NCBI GenBank assembly: GCA_963693055.1
Contig: OY843751.1
Coordinates: 4,160,001 to 4,224,000 of the forward strand
Length of the DNA stretch: 64,000 nucleotides
From: a bacterium
Lineage (GTDB): Bacteria > Zhuqueibacterota > Zhuqueibacteria > Residuimicrobiales > Krinioviventaceae
Direction of reading: 5' to 3'
The translations under genes were made by a program, and so were the position numbers. Positions 45,715 to 55,818 of the stretch are shown one piece after another (position 1 is the stretch's first letter; each line of letters opens with the position of its first letter). The notes below the pieces were generated by a model. It saw only the letters and a list, made by a program, of their open reading frames with translations. It was not told the origin of the DNA and searched no databases.

Positions 45715-48700
45715 TCACATATTTTGTTTCCTGTCGCCAGGAATCATCATCCATTCTGGTGGGAACATTTGTTTTTCAAATCCCGGACCTTTAAAATTAA
45801 ATTCCATACTTTCAGAACCGGCTACTTCATAATAAAACAAATCCAAATCATGACGGCCGGCTTTTAGGTCTATTTCATCAAATTCTTTACGTGCGGCATA
45901 AGCACCCGCATCATATACCACCGTTTTTCCATCGATTTTCAGTACACAACCATCGTTAGCATTCGCGTAAAATGTATATCTACCCGGTGTTTTTATATCA
46001 AATGAACCCTCAAACCGGATAGCAACATAATCGCCCCGTCTCTCTATCTTGTTCACATCAAATTCATAGGTCTTGCCGGTAGATGCCACTTTGTATTTAT
46101 CAGATTCCGGATCAGGACCCAAGTCACCCCATTCTCCCTCATAAACCGTATAAGCAATTCCATTTACAGCAGGATCAATAAAACGTACCTTGTCGGCTCT
46201 ATCATAACTGTTTATAAATCCATCTTTAATGGCAACCGCCCGGATTATTGTATTGTCTTTAATTTCAAAAGATCCGGTATATATTATTGAATTCTCGTCA
46301 GGTATGCTGCCATCAAGCGTATAATAAATGTCTGCATCATTACTGGCTGAAATCTCTATATTCGCCGTATCGGGTTTAAAATAAAGCGTATCCACATTTT
46401 TTATGATTGGAGTAGGCAAGTGTACGGGTTTCATCAATTTTGCTGCTCCCTGGGACTTGAATGTGTATTTCCCTGAACCCATCTTGTAAACCGCTTTATT
46501 GTCCTCAATTTTGACAAATTGGGCGGCCTCACTATTGACTGACACCCGCTCCTTATCCGTTGCAGGCACATAAACAGTTGCTGTTGTATTGACAGGAATT
46601 TCCACATCCATTTTCAGGTTGCCTTTTTTATCGAGCTTCCAATTACTCTTGATCATGCCGTAAAACGTTTCAGTCTGTGTATTCACAAAGGTCAAATCCC
46701 CACAAAGGACGGGCTTGATGATGATGTGCTTGAATCCGGGAGTAGCAACATCAGGATTTATACCCCCAAGTGTTTTATAAAACCACCGTATCACACTGCC
46801 AAACATGGGGTGACTGTGAGAACTTTTACCATTAAATTCTTCCCACAAGGTGGTTACATTTTTACCCAGTATATAACTACCAAAACTCGGAAAATCACGC
46901 TGGTTCATCATCATAAACGCAAGATCTTCACGCCCCATATCTGTTAATACTTCCAGCACAAGGGGAGTACCCAAAATACCGGTATCCAGATGCTCACGGT
47001 TCTTTATAATATTTTCAACCATGCTTTCAAAAACACCATCAACATTCTCTTCTTTTACCATTCCAAATGCCAATGGAAAAACATCCGCGCCCTGGTAACT
47101 TGTCCAATATTGTTGATTTTTCTCATTGTAATAGCGTTTATCCATTGCAGATTGAATTTCATCCAATAGTGCCAGATAATGGACTCTGTCTTGTGGTTTG
47201 TCCAGAACATCGGCAATCTGTGCAACCAGTTTTGCGCAATAATAATAATAACCGGTATTTACTAGTGGCTCGGGTAGCTCTATCAATTCGGGAGTAACCC
47301 AATCACCCAGGCACCATCCGTTTGGTTCTTCACGCACGACAATGCCTTCCTTGTCTGTACGTGTTCCCAGGTATTCTACCCATTGTTTCATACCTTCATA
47401 ATGCTGCTGTAATATCTGTGTATCGCCATAATAAACATAATAAAACCAGGGAACAATCACATACGCTGAACCCCATGCGGGTCCACCACCTCCGCCTTCG
47501 TACGGAGCGGTATGCGGTACAAATCCGGTTTTCTTGTTACGGGCATCGTCAATATCGTTTACCCATTTGTCATAAAACCGGGTCATGTCAAAATTAAATA
47601 TAGAGGATTCAACCAAAAGTGACCCATCACCGGTATAACCCAAACGTTCTCGGTGCGGACAATCACTGCTAAAGCTGCCATGCATATTACCCAACTGGGT
47701 ACGAATATAGTTATCGTGTATTTTATTAAATAGCTCGTTCGAGCAATTGAAATATCCTACGGTATCCATAACAGTATTCACAACACGACCGCTGATGCTG
47801 TTTAGATCCAGTGGAATGGACGCTCCCCGGATCTCTACAGTCCTGAACGCATGCCAGGTAAAACTGGGCTCCCAACTCTCGCTGCCACCCTTGCATATAT
47901 ACTGATCAGCCTGACTGTAATCGCTGCCCAATTCTTCTATAAAACGGAAACGCAGTGTATCGCCACGGTTACCGTTAATGTTCAATTTTACCCATCCCGA
48001 GAACATGAGTCCAAAGTCATAGACATAAACATTATCTTCCGTATGTTTGACTGATACCGGTTTTATCGTATCAATAATACCGTCTCTTGGAGCAAGCTGA
48101 GGTTGCAGCTTGCCATCCGGTGCTTTTAACAGATTGGCCTGTTGCCAGCCAGACGCGTCAAAATCCGCAGTGCTCCAGCCGGGCATTTCCATGCGGGCAT
48201 CATAATGCTCGCCGGTGAATAGTCCATCATGACGTATGGGCCCCTCTGTTGTGTACTGCCAGGAATCATCACTAAGCAGAGTTTGACGTTCGCCATCAGT
48301 ATACTCGATCTCCATCTGTAGAAAAAATCTCGGTGTGTTGAACCACATACGGCCTTCAGATACCCGATCGCGTTGGTTATACCAACCATTGCCCAGCACA
48401 ATTCCAGCCGCATTTTTACCTTGCTTGAGCTGGCTGGTTACATCATAAATATTGTACAATACCCGGGTAGTGGATTGATCATCATAATCATAAATCAGTT
48501 TTGTCAAATCACGTTTTTCATAATTGGTTTGCGCGGGGACCAGTTCGTCATTACCGGTCTTGCTGCCATTAAAAAACAATTCATAATACCCCAAACCGGT
48601 CACATATACACGGGCTTGCTTAACGGGTTTGGTAATTGTAAATTCTTTACGAAACCATGGGGCCGGACCGGTTTTCATCTCGGCAGGTTCCTTGCTTTCC

Positions 48701-49155
48701 TCAACACCAACCCATTTGGCCTGCCACTCCTCCGCATTTAAAAAGGCCATTTCCCACTTGGCGGTTTCGCTCCATTCAGACTCGGCACCCTGTTCGTCCC
48801 ATACCTGCACTTTCCAAAATACCTGCTGGCGTGAATCCAACTTTTTACCACCCCAGGGGATGTTTACGGACTGGTCCGAATCCACTCTGCCGCTGTCCCA
48901 CAAATCTGCAGAACCCTCAGATAACAAATCAGGACTGCTTGCCGCCAGGATATGATACGCGGATTGGCTGCGGTTGTACCCGCCTGCTGCCAGTTTCCAG
49001 CTTAATCGGGGAGTAGTGCTGTCAATACCCAATGGATCGCTTATATATTCGCAACGCAGATCGTTGACCTGCATGGATTTATTTATAGATTGACAACCTG
49101 AAAACAAAAATGCCAACATCAGTACAATCAACAAGACAGGAATGGTCTTTTTCAT
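45715..49155 (-). CDS. GH78 alpha-L-rhamnosidase-like lipoprotein + PA14, paralog 3
   Basis: FSGC lipobox and the same GH78 motifs; closest to paralog 2. Confidence 0.93.
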   Translation of the reverse strand: MKKTIPVLLIVLMLAFLFSGCQSINKSMQVNDLRCEYISDPLGIDSTTPRLSWKLAAGGYNRSQSAYHILAASSPDLLSEGSADLWDSGRVDSDQSVNIPWGGKKLDSRQQVFWKVQVWDEQGAESEWSETAKWEMAFLNAEEWQAKWVGVEESKEPAEMKTGPAPWFRKEFTITKPVKQARVYVTGLGYYELFFNGSKTGNDELVPAQTNYEKRDLTKLIYDYDDQSTTRVLYNIYDVTSQLKQGKNAAGIVLGNGWYNQRDRVSEGRMWFNTPRFFLQMEIEYTDGERQTLLSDDSWQYTTEGPIRHDGLFTGEHYDARMEMPGWSTADFDASGWQQANLLKAPDGKLQPQLAPRDGIIDTIKPVSVKHTEDNVYVYDFGLMFSGWVKLNINGNRGDTLRFRFIEELGSDYSQADQYICKGGSESWEPSFTWHAFRTVEIRGASIPLDLNSISGRVVNTVMDTVGYFNCSNELFNKIHDNYIRTQLGNMHGSFSSDCPHRERLGYTGDGSLLVESSIFNFDMTRFYDKWVNDIDDARNKKTGFVPHTAPYEGGGGGPAWGSAYVIVPWFYYVYYGDTQILQQHYEGMKQWVEYLGTRTDKEGIVVREEPNGWCLGDWVTPELIELPEPLVNTGYYYYCAKLVAQIADVLDKPQDRVHYLALLDEIQSAMDKRYYNEKNQQYWTSYQGADVFPLAFGMVKEENVDGVFESMVENIIKNREHLDTGILGTPLVLEVLTDMGREDLAFMMMNQRDFPSFGSYILGKNVTTLWEEFNGKSSHSHPMFGSVIRWFYKTLGGINPDVATPGFKHIIIKPVLCGDLTFVNTQTETFYGMIKSNWKLDKKGNLKMDVEIPVNTTATVYVPATDKERVSVNSEAAQFVKIEDNKAVYKMGSGKYTFKSQGAAKLMKPVHLPTPIIKNVDTLYFKPDTANIEISASNDADIYYTLDGSIPDENSIIYTGSFEIKDNTIIRAVAIKDGFINSYDRADKVRFIDPAVNGIAYTVYEGEWGDLGPDPESDKYKVASTGKTYEFDVNKIERRGDYVAIRFEGSFDIKTPGRYTFYANANDGCVLKIDGKTVVYDAGAYAARKEFDEIDLKAGRHDLDLFYYEVAGSESMEFNFKGPGFEKQMFPPEWMMIPGDRKQNM

Positions 49156-49444
49156 AGGGTCCCTTAAATATTTAATAGGTGAGAGATTTTTTTAGAATAA
49201 AACCAATTTTTACGAAATAAGCAAGAGCAATAATTCAACCACTTGGTTATCAGTAATCTCACTCTCATCTGTTTTCATTAAAACCCAATAATTTGGATCT
49301 ATCATAATAGAATTTAATCTGATAAATTTAGTTTTTTTAAATTCTGATTACTGAAAACTGACAACATTGCTTGCCTTTTATATTTATTATACTTACCATA
49401 CCCTACTCATCATTAAACATCACAATACAGGAATACACCCGATT

Positions 49445-51100
49445 ATGTTTTACGCATTCTTAGCTGTGCTCCCCATTTTGACCGCCGCGGTCCTGCTGGT
49501 CGGATTTCGTTTACCCGCCAAATACGCAATGCCCATCGTATTCATTATCGCCATTACCGTTTCCATGCTGTTCTGGCATGTAGAATGGATTGTTGTGCTT
49601 GCCTCCAGTATACAGGGTTTGTTTATTACTTTTGACATTCTCTATATCATTTTTGGGGCAATCCTGTTGTTAAATACACTCAAATATTCAGGGGCCATAT
49701 CTGCAATTCGCACAGGATTTTCACACATCAGCGATGACCGGCGCGTTCAGGTAATCATTATCGCCTGGCTGTTTGGTTCGTTTATTGAAGGTGCATCAGG
49801 CTTTGGCACACCCGCTGCTATTGCCGCCCCACTGCTGGTTGCACTCGGATTCCCGGCCATGGCCGCTGTCATGATAGGGATGATGATACAAAGCACCGCC
49901 GTTACATTCGGAGCGGTGGGCACGCCCATCCTCATTGGCGTTAAAGGCGGGCTCGAAAATCCTGAGCTCCTGGCTCAACTCGCCGCATCCGGTCACGATA
50001 TGCAATGGCTGCTGCTCAATATCACGACCTATTCAGCAATTTTTCATGCCATCACCGGAACACTGATCCCACTGCTTATGGTTGTCATGATGACACGTTT
50101 TTTTGGAGAAAATCGATCCTGGAAAGAAGGTTTATCCATCACCCCGTTTGCAATATTGAGCGGTCTGGCATTTACAATCCCCTATGTTCTCACCGGTGTA
50201 TTTCTGGGTCCCGAGTTTCCCTCGCTTTTGGGTGCATTGATTGGCCTGCCTCTGGTCACCTGGCTGGCACATAAAAAAATCCTGCTGCCAAAAGACAAAT
50301 GGGATTTCCCCAATTCCAATACCTGGCCCGCGGAATGGCTGGGCAAAATCGAGATCAAACCCGAAATAAATCCATCCAACAAAATTTCCTTTGCCGCTGC
50401 CTGGGTTCCCTATTTATTTGTAGCATTATTTCTGGTACTGACTCGCTTGCCCAAACTGGGGATCGGTGCCCTTTTGAAAACCGCGGCCATCAAATGGACA
50501 CACATTTTCGGAACGCCTGTAACCGCGGCATCTACCCCTCTGTATCTGCCGGGTTCCATCTTGTTGCTCGTGGTATTGATCACAGTATTTCTGCACCGCA
50601 TGAATTTCAAAGCACTAAAGTCCGCGGTAATCGATTCAGCAAAAATACTGTTCAGCGCAGGATTCGTACTCGTTTTTACCGTCCCCATGGTACGGCTCTA
50701 TATCAATTCTGGAATCAACCCGGTAGACATGTCCAGCATGCCCGTTACCATGGCGCAATGGGTAGCGGATTCGGTGGGAGGCATCTGGCCCTTTTTTGCC
50801 CCGACCATTGGAGCGCTCGGCGCATTCATTGCCGGCAGCAATACCATCAGTAATCTCATGTTCAGCCTGTTCCAGTTTAGTATCGCAGAACAACTGTTGA
50901 TATCTGGCACCATCACAGTTGCATTGCAGGCTGTAGGCGCCGCAGCCGGTAATATGATCGCTATTCACAATGTAGTTGCAGCATCCGCAACCGTGGGACT
51001 CCTAGGCAAAGAAGGTGCAGTCCTCAGAAAAACCATCATTCCCACCCTGTATTACCTCACGGTAGTAGGATTGCTGGGGATGATCGCTATTTATTTATAG
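49445..51100 (+). CDS. lctP: L-lactate permease (LctP family)
   Basis: [41 protein letters not shown]; start moved to ATG 49445; TTGCCT-17-TACCAT at 49371-49399. Confidence 0.93.
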   Translation: MFYAFLAVLPILTAAVLLVGFRLPAKYAMPIVFIIAITVSMLFWHVEWIVVLASSIQGLFITFDILYIIFGAILLLNTLKYSGAISAIRTGFSHISDDRRVQVIIIAWLFGSFIEGASGFGTPAAIAAPLLVALGFPAMAAVMIGMMIQSTAVTFGAVGTPILIGVKGGLENPELLAQLAASGHDMQWLLLNITTYSAIFHAITGTLIPLLMVVMMTRFFGENRSWKEGLSITPFAILSGLAFTIPYVLTGVFLGPEFPSLLGALIGLPLVTWLAHKKILLPKDKWDFPNSNTWPAEWLGKIEIKPEINPSNKISFAAAWVPYLFVALFLVLTRLPKLGIGALLKTAAIKWTHIFGTPVTAASTPLYLPGSILLLVVLITVFLHRMNFKALKSAVIDSAKILFSAGFVLVFTVPMVRLYINSGINPVDMSSMPVTMAQWVADSVGGIWPFFAPTIGALGAFIAGSNTISNLMFSLFQFSIAEQLLISGTITVALQAVGAAAGNMIAIHNVVAASATVGLLGKEGAVLRKTIIPTLYYLTVVGLLGMIAIYL

Positions 51101-51105
51101 ATTAA

Positions 51106-51136
51106 TGTAGGGACCTGTCTTAGACCGGCCCCTACA
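51106..51136. repeat. GTAG-type REP palindrome
   Basis: TGTAGGGACCTGTCTTAGACCGGCCCCTACA; sibling at 52980-53007. Confidence 0.7.
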
Positions 51137-51163
51137 AATCCCCAATTCTTAACCAAACTTTTT

Positions 51164-51423
51164 ATCGCGATGCAGATTCCTGCATCGCGGAATATACATA
51201 TGGGACATTCGTCCCGATTAAATATCTCTCAAATTCCACAAGGGAGACTTGCAGCGTCCCTAATTCTCAAACTATGTGAAAATAAACTTGATCGCGATGT
51301 AGATTCCTACATCGCGGAATATTACTACGGGACATCTGTCCCGCTTTACTGCATCTATCCGTGGCTAAAAGCTAATAGCTTATTAATGACAGCTTTTCTT
51401 CTGAATACTGAGCACTGATAACT
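51164..51423. repeat. Two copies of a two-hairpin module plus a heptamer composite
   Basis: ATCGCGATGYAGATTCCTRCATCGCGGAATAT-N6-GGGACAnnnGTCCCG at 51164 and 51291. Confidence 0.75.
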
Positions 51424-51424
51424 T

Positions 51425-52897
51425 TTATTTCTCCTCCGGCAACTCTACATTTTTACAACTCACCACCTGAATCGGCGTTCTTGCACGCAGGCTCACATCG
51501 TCCATTTTCCAGTTGACAGCATTGGTAATCTTGCCGCCATTCTGTGCATCAATAGACACATGCTCCCATACAACATCCCGAATAGGCTTTTCTTCATACG
51601 CATTGGCATAAATCCCGATTCCCGCATTGGTTGCGGTTACATCCGAGATCTGGATATCGTAAAACTCGGGAATACCCCGTTCCGGTGGATCAACTTTGGT
51701 CAGCATGGCTTTCCAGTGCGCCGGCCATTCCGGTTCAGGAATATGCTCGGGACGCGGGGGATAACTGTATTCGGGAAACCAGTTCAGCTCCCAATGAAAC
51801 GGATTTTTCACACTGTCCATTTTGATATCATGAAACCACACATTGCTGATCACCCCGCCGCGCACCTTGGCGGATTTAAACCGTATGCCGTTATTTGTCC
51901 CTCTGGCATCCAATCCATATACTTCAATATTGTGCATGCCACCTGACGTCTCGCTGCCCAGGGTAATCAATCCATGACCCTTGCCGGTAATGCAATTACG
52001 GACCACTATATTTTCAGCAGGACGGTTAACGCGCAATCCATCCGCATCACGTCCCGCTTTGAGACAAAAATTATCATCATTACAATCTATATCACAATCC
52101 TCTACCAATATATCTTGAGAAGAATCTATATCAATACCATCTGTGCTGGGCCCGTGCCCGCCAATATTGTTCCGAATAACAAGCCCCTTTACATATACCC
52201 GCTCGCTGTAGGTCATAGTAACGGTCCAGAATCCCGACCGCTTGACCGTAAAGTCCGTCAACCGCACATTTTTCGACTCGTACACAACAATGGGACGTAC
52301 ACGCTTTGCATCATAATCCACAGCCCAGCGCATGTTCTGTTTTGTATAAGGCTCCAGCAGAGTAAAAAACTTGTTCCACCAGAACTCACCGTTACCGTCT
52401 ATCATGCCCTTCCCGGTCACATGCGCGTTTTCTACCTGGTAAATATTGATCAATGCCGCGGGCCAATCCATTTCAATCCCGGCGATGCGTGTCCATTTAT
52501 CCGGAAATTCTTCATCCTTGTTCACTGCTTTCAGTACTACCCCCTCATCCAATCGCAGCTCTACATTGGATTTGAGGAACAATGCCCCGCTAAAAACCGT
52601 ACCCACCGGTAGCGTAACAATCCCCCCGCCAGCGGCACTAGCCGCGTCAATAGCAGACTGGATCTGCTTTGTATTAATGGTCTCTCCATCTGCAACCGCA
52701 CCATAATCTACAGCAGCAAACACAGTCTGCGGTACCTGCCCAAAATTAGCATCATAAAAAACGGATTCCAGTTGCGTTACCAATTCGCTCTTGCCGGATG
52801 AGCCAGGTTCCCCACTCTGCGATTGACAGAATAAAATAAATGAAAGCAGAGCTACAACTACCAACCCCATCCACTTTTTCAAAGAAATAGTAGACAT
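51425..52897 (-). CDS. GH28 polygalacturonase / exo-galacturonosidase family
   Basis: GALFLKSNVEL, STDG, NDD, GHG, GSETSGG and IRFKS all intact. Confidence 0.93.
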   Translation of the reverse strand: MSTISLKKWMGLVVVALLSFILFCQSQSGEPGSSGKSELVTQLESVFYDANFGQVPQTVFAAVDYGAVADGETINTKQIQSAIDAASAAGGGIVTLPVGTVFSGALFLKSNVELRLDEGVVLKAVNKDEEFPDKWTRIAGIEMDWPAALINIYQVENAHVTGKGMIDGNGEFWWNKFFTLLEPYTKQNMRWAVDYDAKRVRPIVVYESKNVRLTDFTVKRSGFWTVTMTYSERVYVKGLVIRNNIGGHGPSTDGIDIDSSQDILVEDCDIDCNDDNFCLKAGRDADGLRVNRPAENIVVRNCITGKGHGLITLGSETSGGMHNIEVYGLDARGTNNGIRFKSAKVRGGVISNVWFHDIKMDSVKNPFHWELNWFPEYSYPPRPEHIPEPEWPAHWKAMLTKVDPPERGIPEFYDIQISDVTATNAGIGIYANAYEEKPIRDVVWEHVSIDAQNGGKITNAVNWKMDDVSLRARTPIQVVSCKNVELPEEK

Positions 52898-52979
52898 AAT
52901 TTACTCCTTAAATTGATATTTGTAAATATATTGAATATTCTTAAACGAGTCAACAATCCCAACTTGAATATTCACAATA

Positions 52980-53007
52980 TAGGGATCGGTCTGAGACCGA
53001 TCCCTAC
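52980..53007. repeat. GTAG-type REP palindrome
   Basis: TAGGGATCGGTC-TGA-GACCGATCCCTA perfect stem. Confidence 0.7.
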
Positions 53008-53155
53008 TCAAAACCTGTATTCTGCGTCCCCCCTCCTACATAAATCACATTTCCCCTCAACCATCTATGACGTGTTTTCTGACAACTAAGCACTGACTAC
53101 TGATAACTTTTCCCGGCTGCCATTTGCCTTTTGCTGTCTTACGTTAAAAAAACAC

Positions 53156-53184
53156 TTGCATCCATATAGCCAATCCACTATATT
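53156..53184 (+). promoter_or_regulatory. Sigma-70 promoter
   Basis: TTGCAT-17 nt-TATATT upstream of 53247. Confidence 0.5.
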
Positions 53185-53246
53185 AAAACAGGGATCAAGG
53201 GGCAGATTCGGAAGGACCAACATACACAATATTTAGGGAGAATGCC

Positions 53247-55763
53247 ATGAACAAGAGTAACTATCTTGTACGCATTGTATTGTTTGTTCTTTTGTATCTG
53301 CCATTTATTGGCTATCCACAACACATAACAGATATCCTAGTCAACACCGAACCGGATTCCAACGCTTTCAAAGCCACATCCACCTCTCTTCATGTGCTTT
53401 CACCTGAGAAATTTATGGTTATTTGGAATGATGACCGTAGTGATCACAGATTGGCGTGGGCAAACATCCTCAATGAAAATGCAAATATTCTTTATGATGA
53501 CTTTATGGTCCCAGGGGGAGATGACATTTCAGTTTACGAGGATAGTTATACGGTTTTAGGTTCCTACTACAACCTTACTCCCGTTATGGAAACACATGAA
53601 GGTTATTATCAACATTTCAATAGCAATCAACCGATATCAGAACCTACCTCATTATATTCCGAATATGTTGGCATGTGTGGAACAGGCTTTACAGGAGAAG
53701 GATTAGCAATGACGCGCACATCCTGGGGAAATGTCTATGTTCATAATTCGGGGGGTGCTATATATTGGGCAACACAAAATGAAATGCTGGGTACAACACA
53801 ATCCAATTGGAATATCTTTTATCATCCGGATTCATTAAGCAATAATGATAGAACAACAGATGCAGAACATTTTTCACTATTCCCATCCGCAGATAACAGT
53901 TTTGCCTGGTGTGTAATCAGTCGCTCCAATTACTGGTGGGACGGGCCCAGAGAAAACCAGTTACTTTTAAGCAAAATTGATCAAACAAGGTCAACAGAAA
54001 GCACAAAAATCATTATTAACGATACGCTTTCAACCGATTGGGGCTTTTCAAAATGGTTGCATGCTGAAACTGAAAACGACTCTTCTATTGTAATTTTCTG
54101 GGCAAAAAAAGATTCCCTCATCGAAACCCATATTGATACCAGCGGACAAGTAAAAAGTTATCAGGCGTTTCTACCTTTTCCAGAAGATAATGTAAATGAT
54201 CCCGGATATCACGAATTGTCTACTTTTCATCTGAGCAATAAACAAAACGGGACCATGTTTCTTTATATAGGTATTATAAATCAACTTAAAAAAATAACAA
54301 TTCAAAATAATCATATCACCAATATTTCTGAATCTATTACAGACTTTGAGAATTATGGTACACTCAATTTGTCAGACCGGTTTTATCAAAATCCTGCGGG
54401 AGACTTGTTTTTTGTTGCAATAAAAAATAATGATCCGGTTCTTTACAAATCTTCAGGAAGCACATTTCAACCTTGCAATAACCTGTCTTTTACCGGTAAC
54501 GGAGCAAGCCAAAACACCCCGGGGATATTCAAAAAAACCAACAACAGCTTTGCCATTAGATATACCGAGTCCGACAAATACTATAAATCCGTTTATATGA
54601 ACATGGACGGAGAAAGAGATCAACCACCATTATCCTGGCCCGTTCCCGGCAGTCTGCTCTTTAATAATGGAGAAGAGCTTTTACATTTAAATGTTGAATA
54701 TTTTAGCGGCCCGGATTATGTAACCCTGCACAAATACAACGCACTTGATGGTTCACTATTGTTGGAAAAATTCTTACGACCTCATTTAAACACATTTACG
54801 TATGGCAAATTAAATGATGATCAGTTTTTTGTTTTTCAAACGCAGCAGGATTATCAAAACAAAATTTCTATTTTCAATACCAATGGTACATTAATAGACT
54901 CATTGGTGTTTGAAAAATATAAAAAAGAACATGACGACCTGGCAATATATACCATGCCCAATGGCAAATTCTGGTTGAATGATAGAAATTTTGCCCTTTG
55001 GGACCCGATAAATAAAACGATCCGGTACACTCCCAAAGTAAAGAAATACAATACCCCACTCAACGATTCTCTGTTTTTAGATTTATCAATTAAAAAAATT
55101 CAAAACGAATACACAATTAATTTAGTTTTAATTGATACAAGCAATATCGAGTTGATGTCAAATCACATATCATTTCAAGCGGAATACGGTTCTTATACCT
55201 ACCCCATATTGATAAATGATGCCTATTTTATACTACCCTATAGAATAAACAACCAATATATGTTCAATATTTTCAACTTGAATTTGGAAACAGAATGCTT
55301 GCATCCCCAGGAAATATTCCCCAATGCGTCTCCTTATCTGACAAACTTTACGCGCAAACGCATCGGCAACCACATCGTCTTTGCCTGTACCGATGTCCGC
55401 GATACTGAAACCGGACAAAACGTCTATGCCAGCATTTTCAACATTAACGATCTCATCACCGGCATTGACGATGCCCCAATATCCCAACAGGTGCCGAGCC
55501 GGTTCAGTTTGTCCGAACCCTCACCCAATCCCAGCAGAGCGGGACAATCAATCACCTTTCAACTGGATATACATAAACAATCCAAAATGGATTTTCAATT
55601 GTACAATATCCTGGGACAGCGAATCCAGTCCTACAACCGACAGTTCAACGCGGGGCAACAGTCCGTCAGGTTCCAACTACCCAATCTGGCAGCCGGGATC
55701 TATTTTCTCAAAGCAACGGATAGCCAGCAGACCATCATCAAAAAAATCGCAGTGATACGATAA
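53247..55763 (+). CDS. Large secreted beta-rich protein with T9SS-type-A-like C-terminal sorting domain
   Basis: Signal peptide; PSPNP...LYNILGQ...LAAGIYFLK...KKIAVIR. Confidence 0.85.
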   Translation: MNKSNYLVRIVLFVLLYLPFIGYPQHITDILVNTEPDSNAFKATSTSLHVLSPEKFMVIWNDDRSDHRLAWANILNENANILYDDFMVPGGDDISVYEDSYTVLGSYYNLTPVMETHEGYYQHFNSNQPISEPTSLYSEYVGMCGTGFTGEGLAMTRTSWGNVYVHNSGGAIYWATQNEMLGTTQSNWNIFYHPDSLSNNDRTTDAEHFSLFPSADNSFAWCVISRSNYWWDGPRENQLLLSKIDQTRSTESTKIIINDTLSTDWGFSKWLHAETENDSSIVIFWAKKDSLIETHIDTSGQVKSYQAFLPFPEDNVNDPGYHELSTFHLSNKQNGTMFLYIGIINQLKKITIQNNHITNISESITDFENYGTLNLSDRFYQNPAGDLFFVAIKNNDPVLYKSSGSTFQPCNNLSFTGNGASQNTPGIFKKTNNSFAIRYTESDKYYKSVYMNMDGERDQPPLSWPVPGSLLFNNGEELLHLNVEYFSGPDYVTLHKYNALDGSLLLEKFLRPHLNTFTYGKLNDDQFFVFQTQQDYQNKISIFNTNGTLIDSLVFEKYKKEHDDLAIYTMPNGKFWLNDRNFALWDPINKTIRYTPKVKKYNTPLNDSLFLDLSIKKIQNEYTINLVLIDTSNIELMSNHISFQAEYGSYTYPILINDAYFILPYRINNQYMFNIFNLNLETECLHPQEIFPNASPYLTNFTRKRIGNHIVFACTDVRDTETGQNVYASIFNINDLITGIDDAPISQQVPSRFSLSEPSPNPSRAGQSITFQLDIHKQSKMDFQLYNILGQRIQSYNRQFNAGQQSVRFQLPNLAAGIYFLKATDSQQTIIKKIAVIR

Positions 55764-55818
55764 CCAACTCCCGTCCATGAGCGAGAATCCCTCGGGGGGA
55801 TAACTTGGAGGCAGAACA

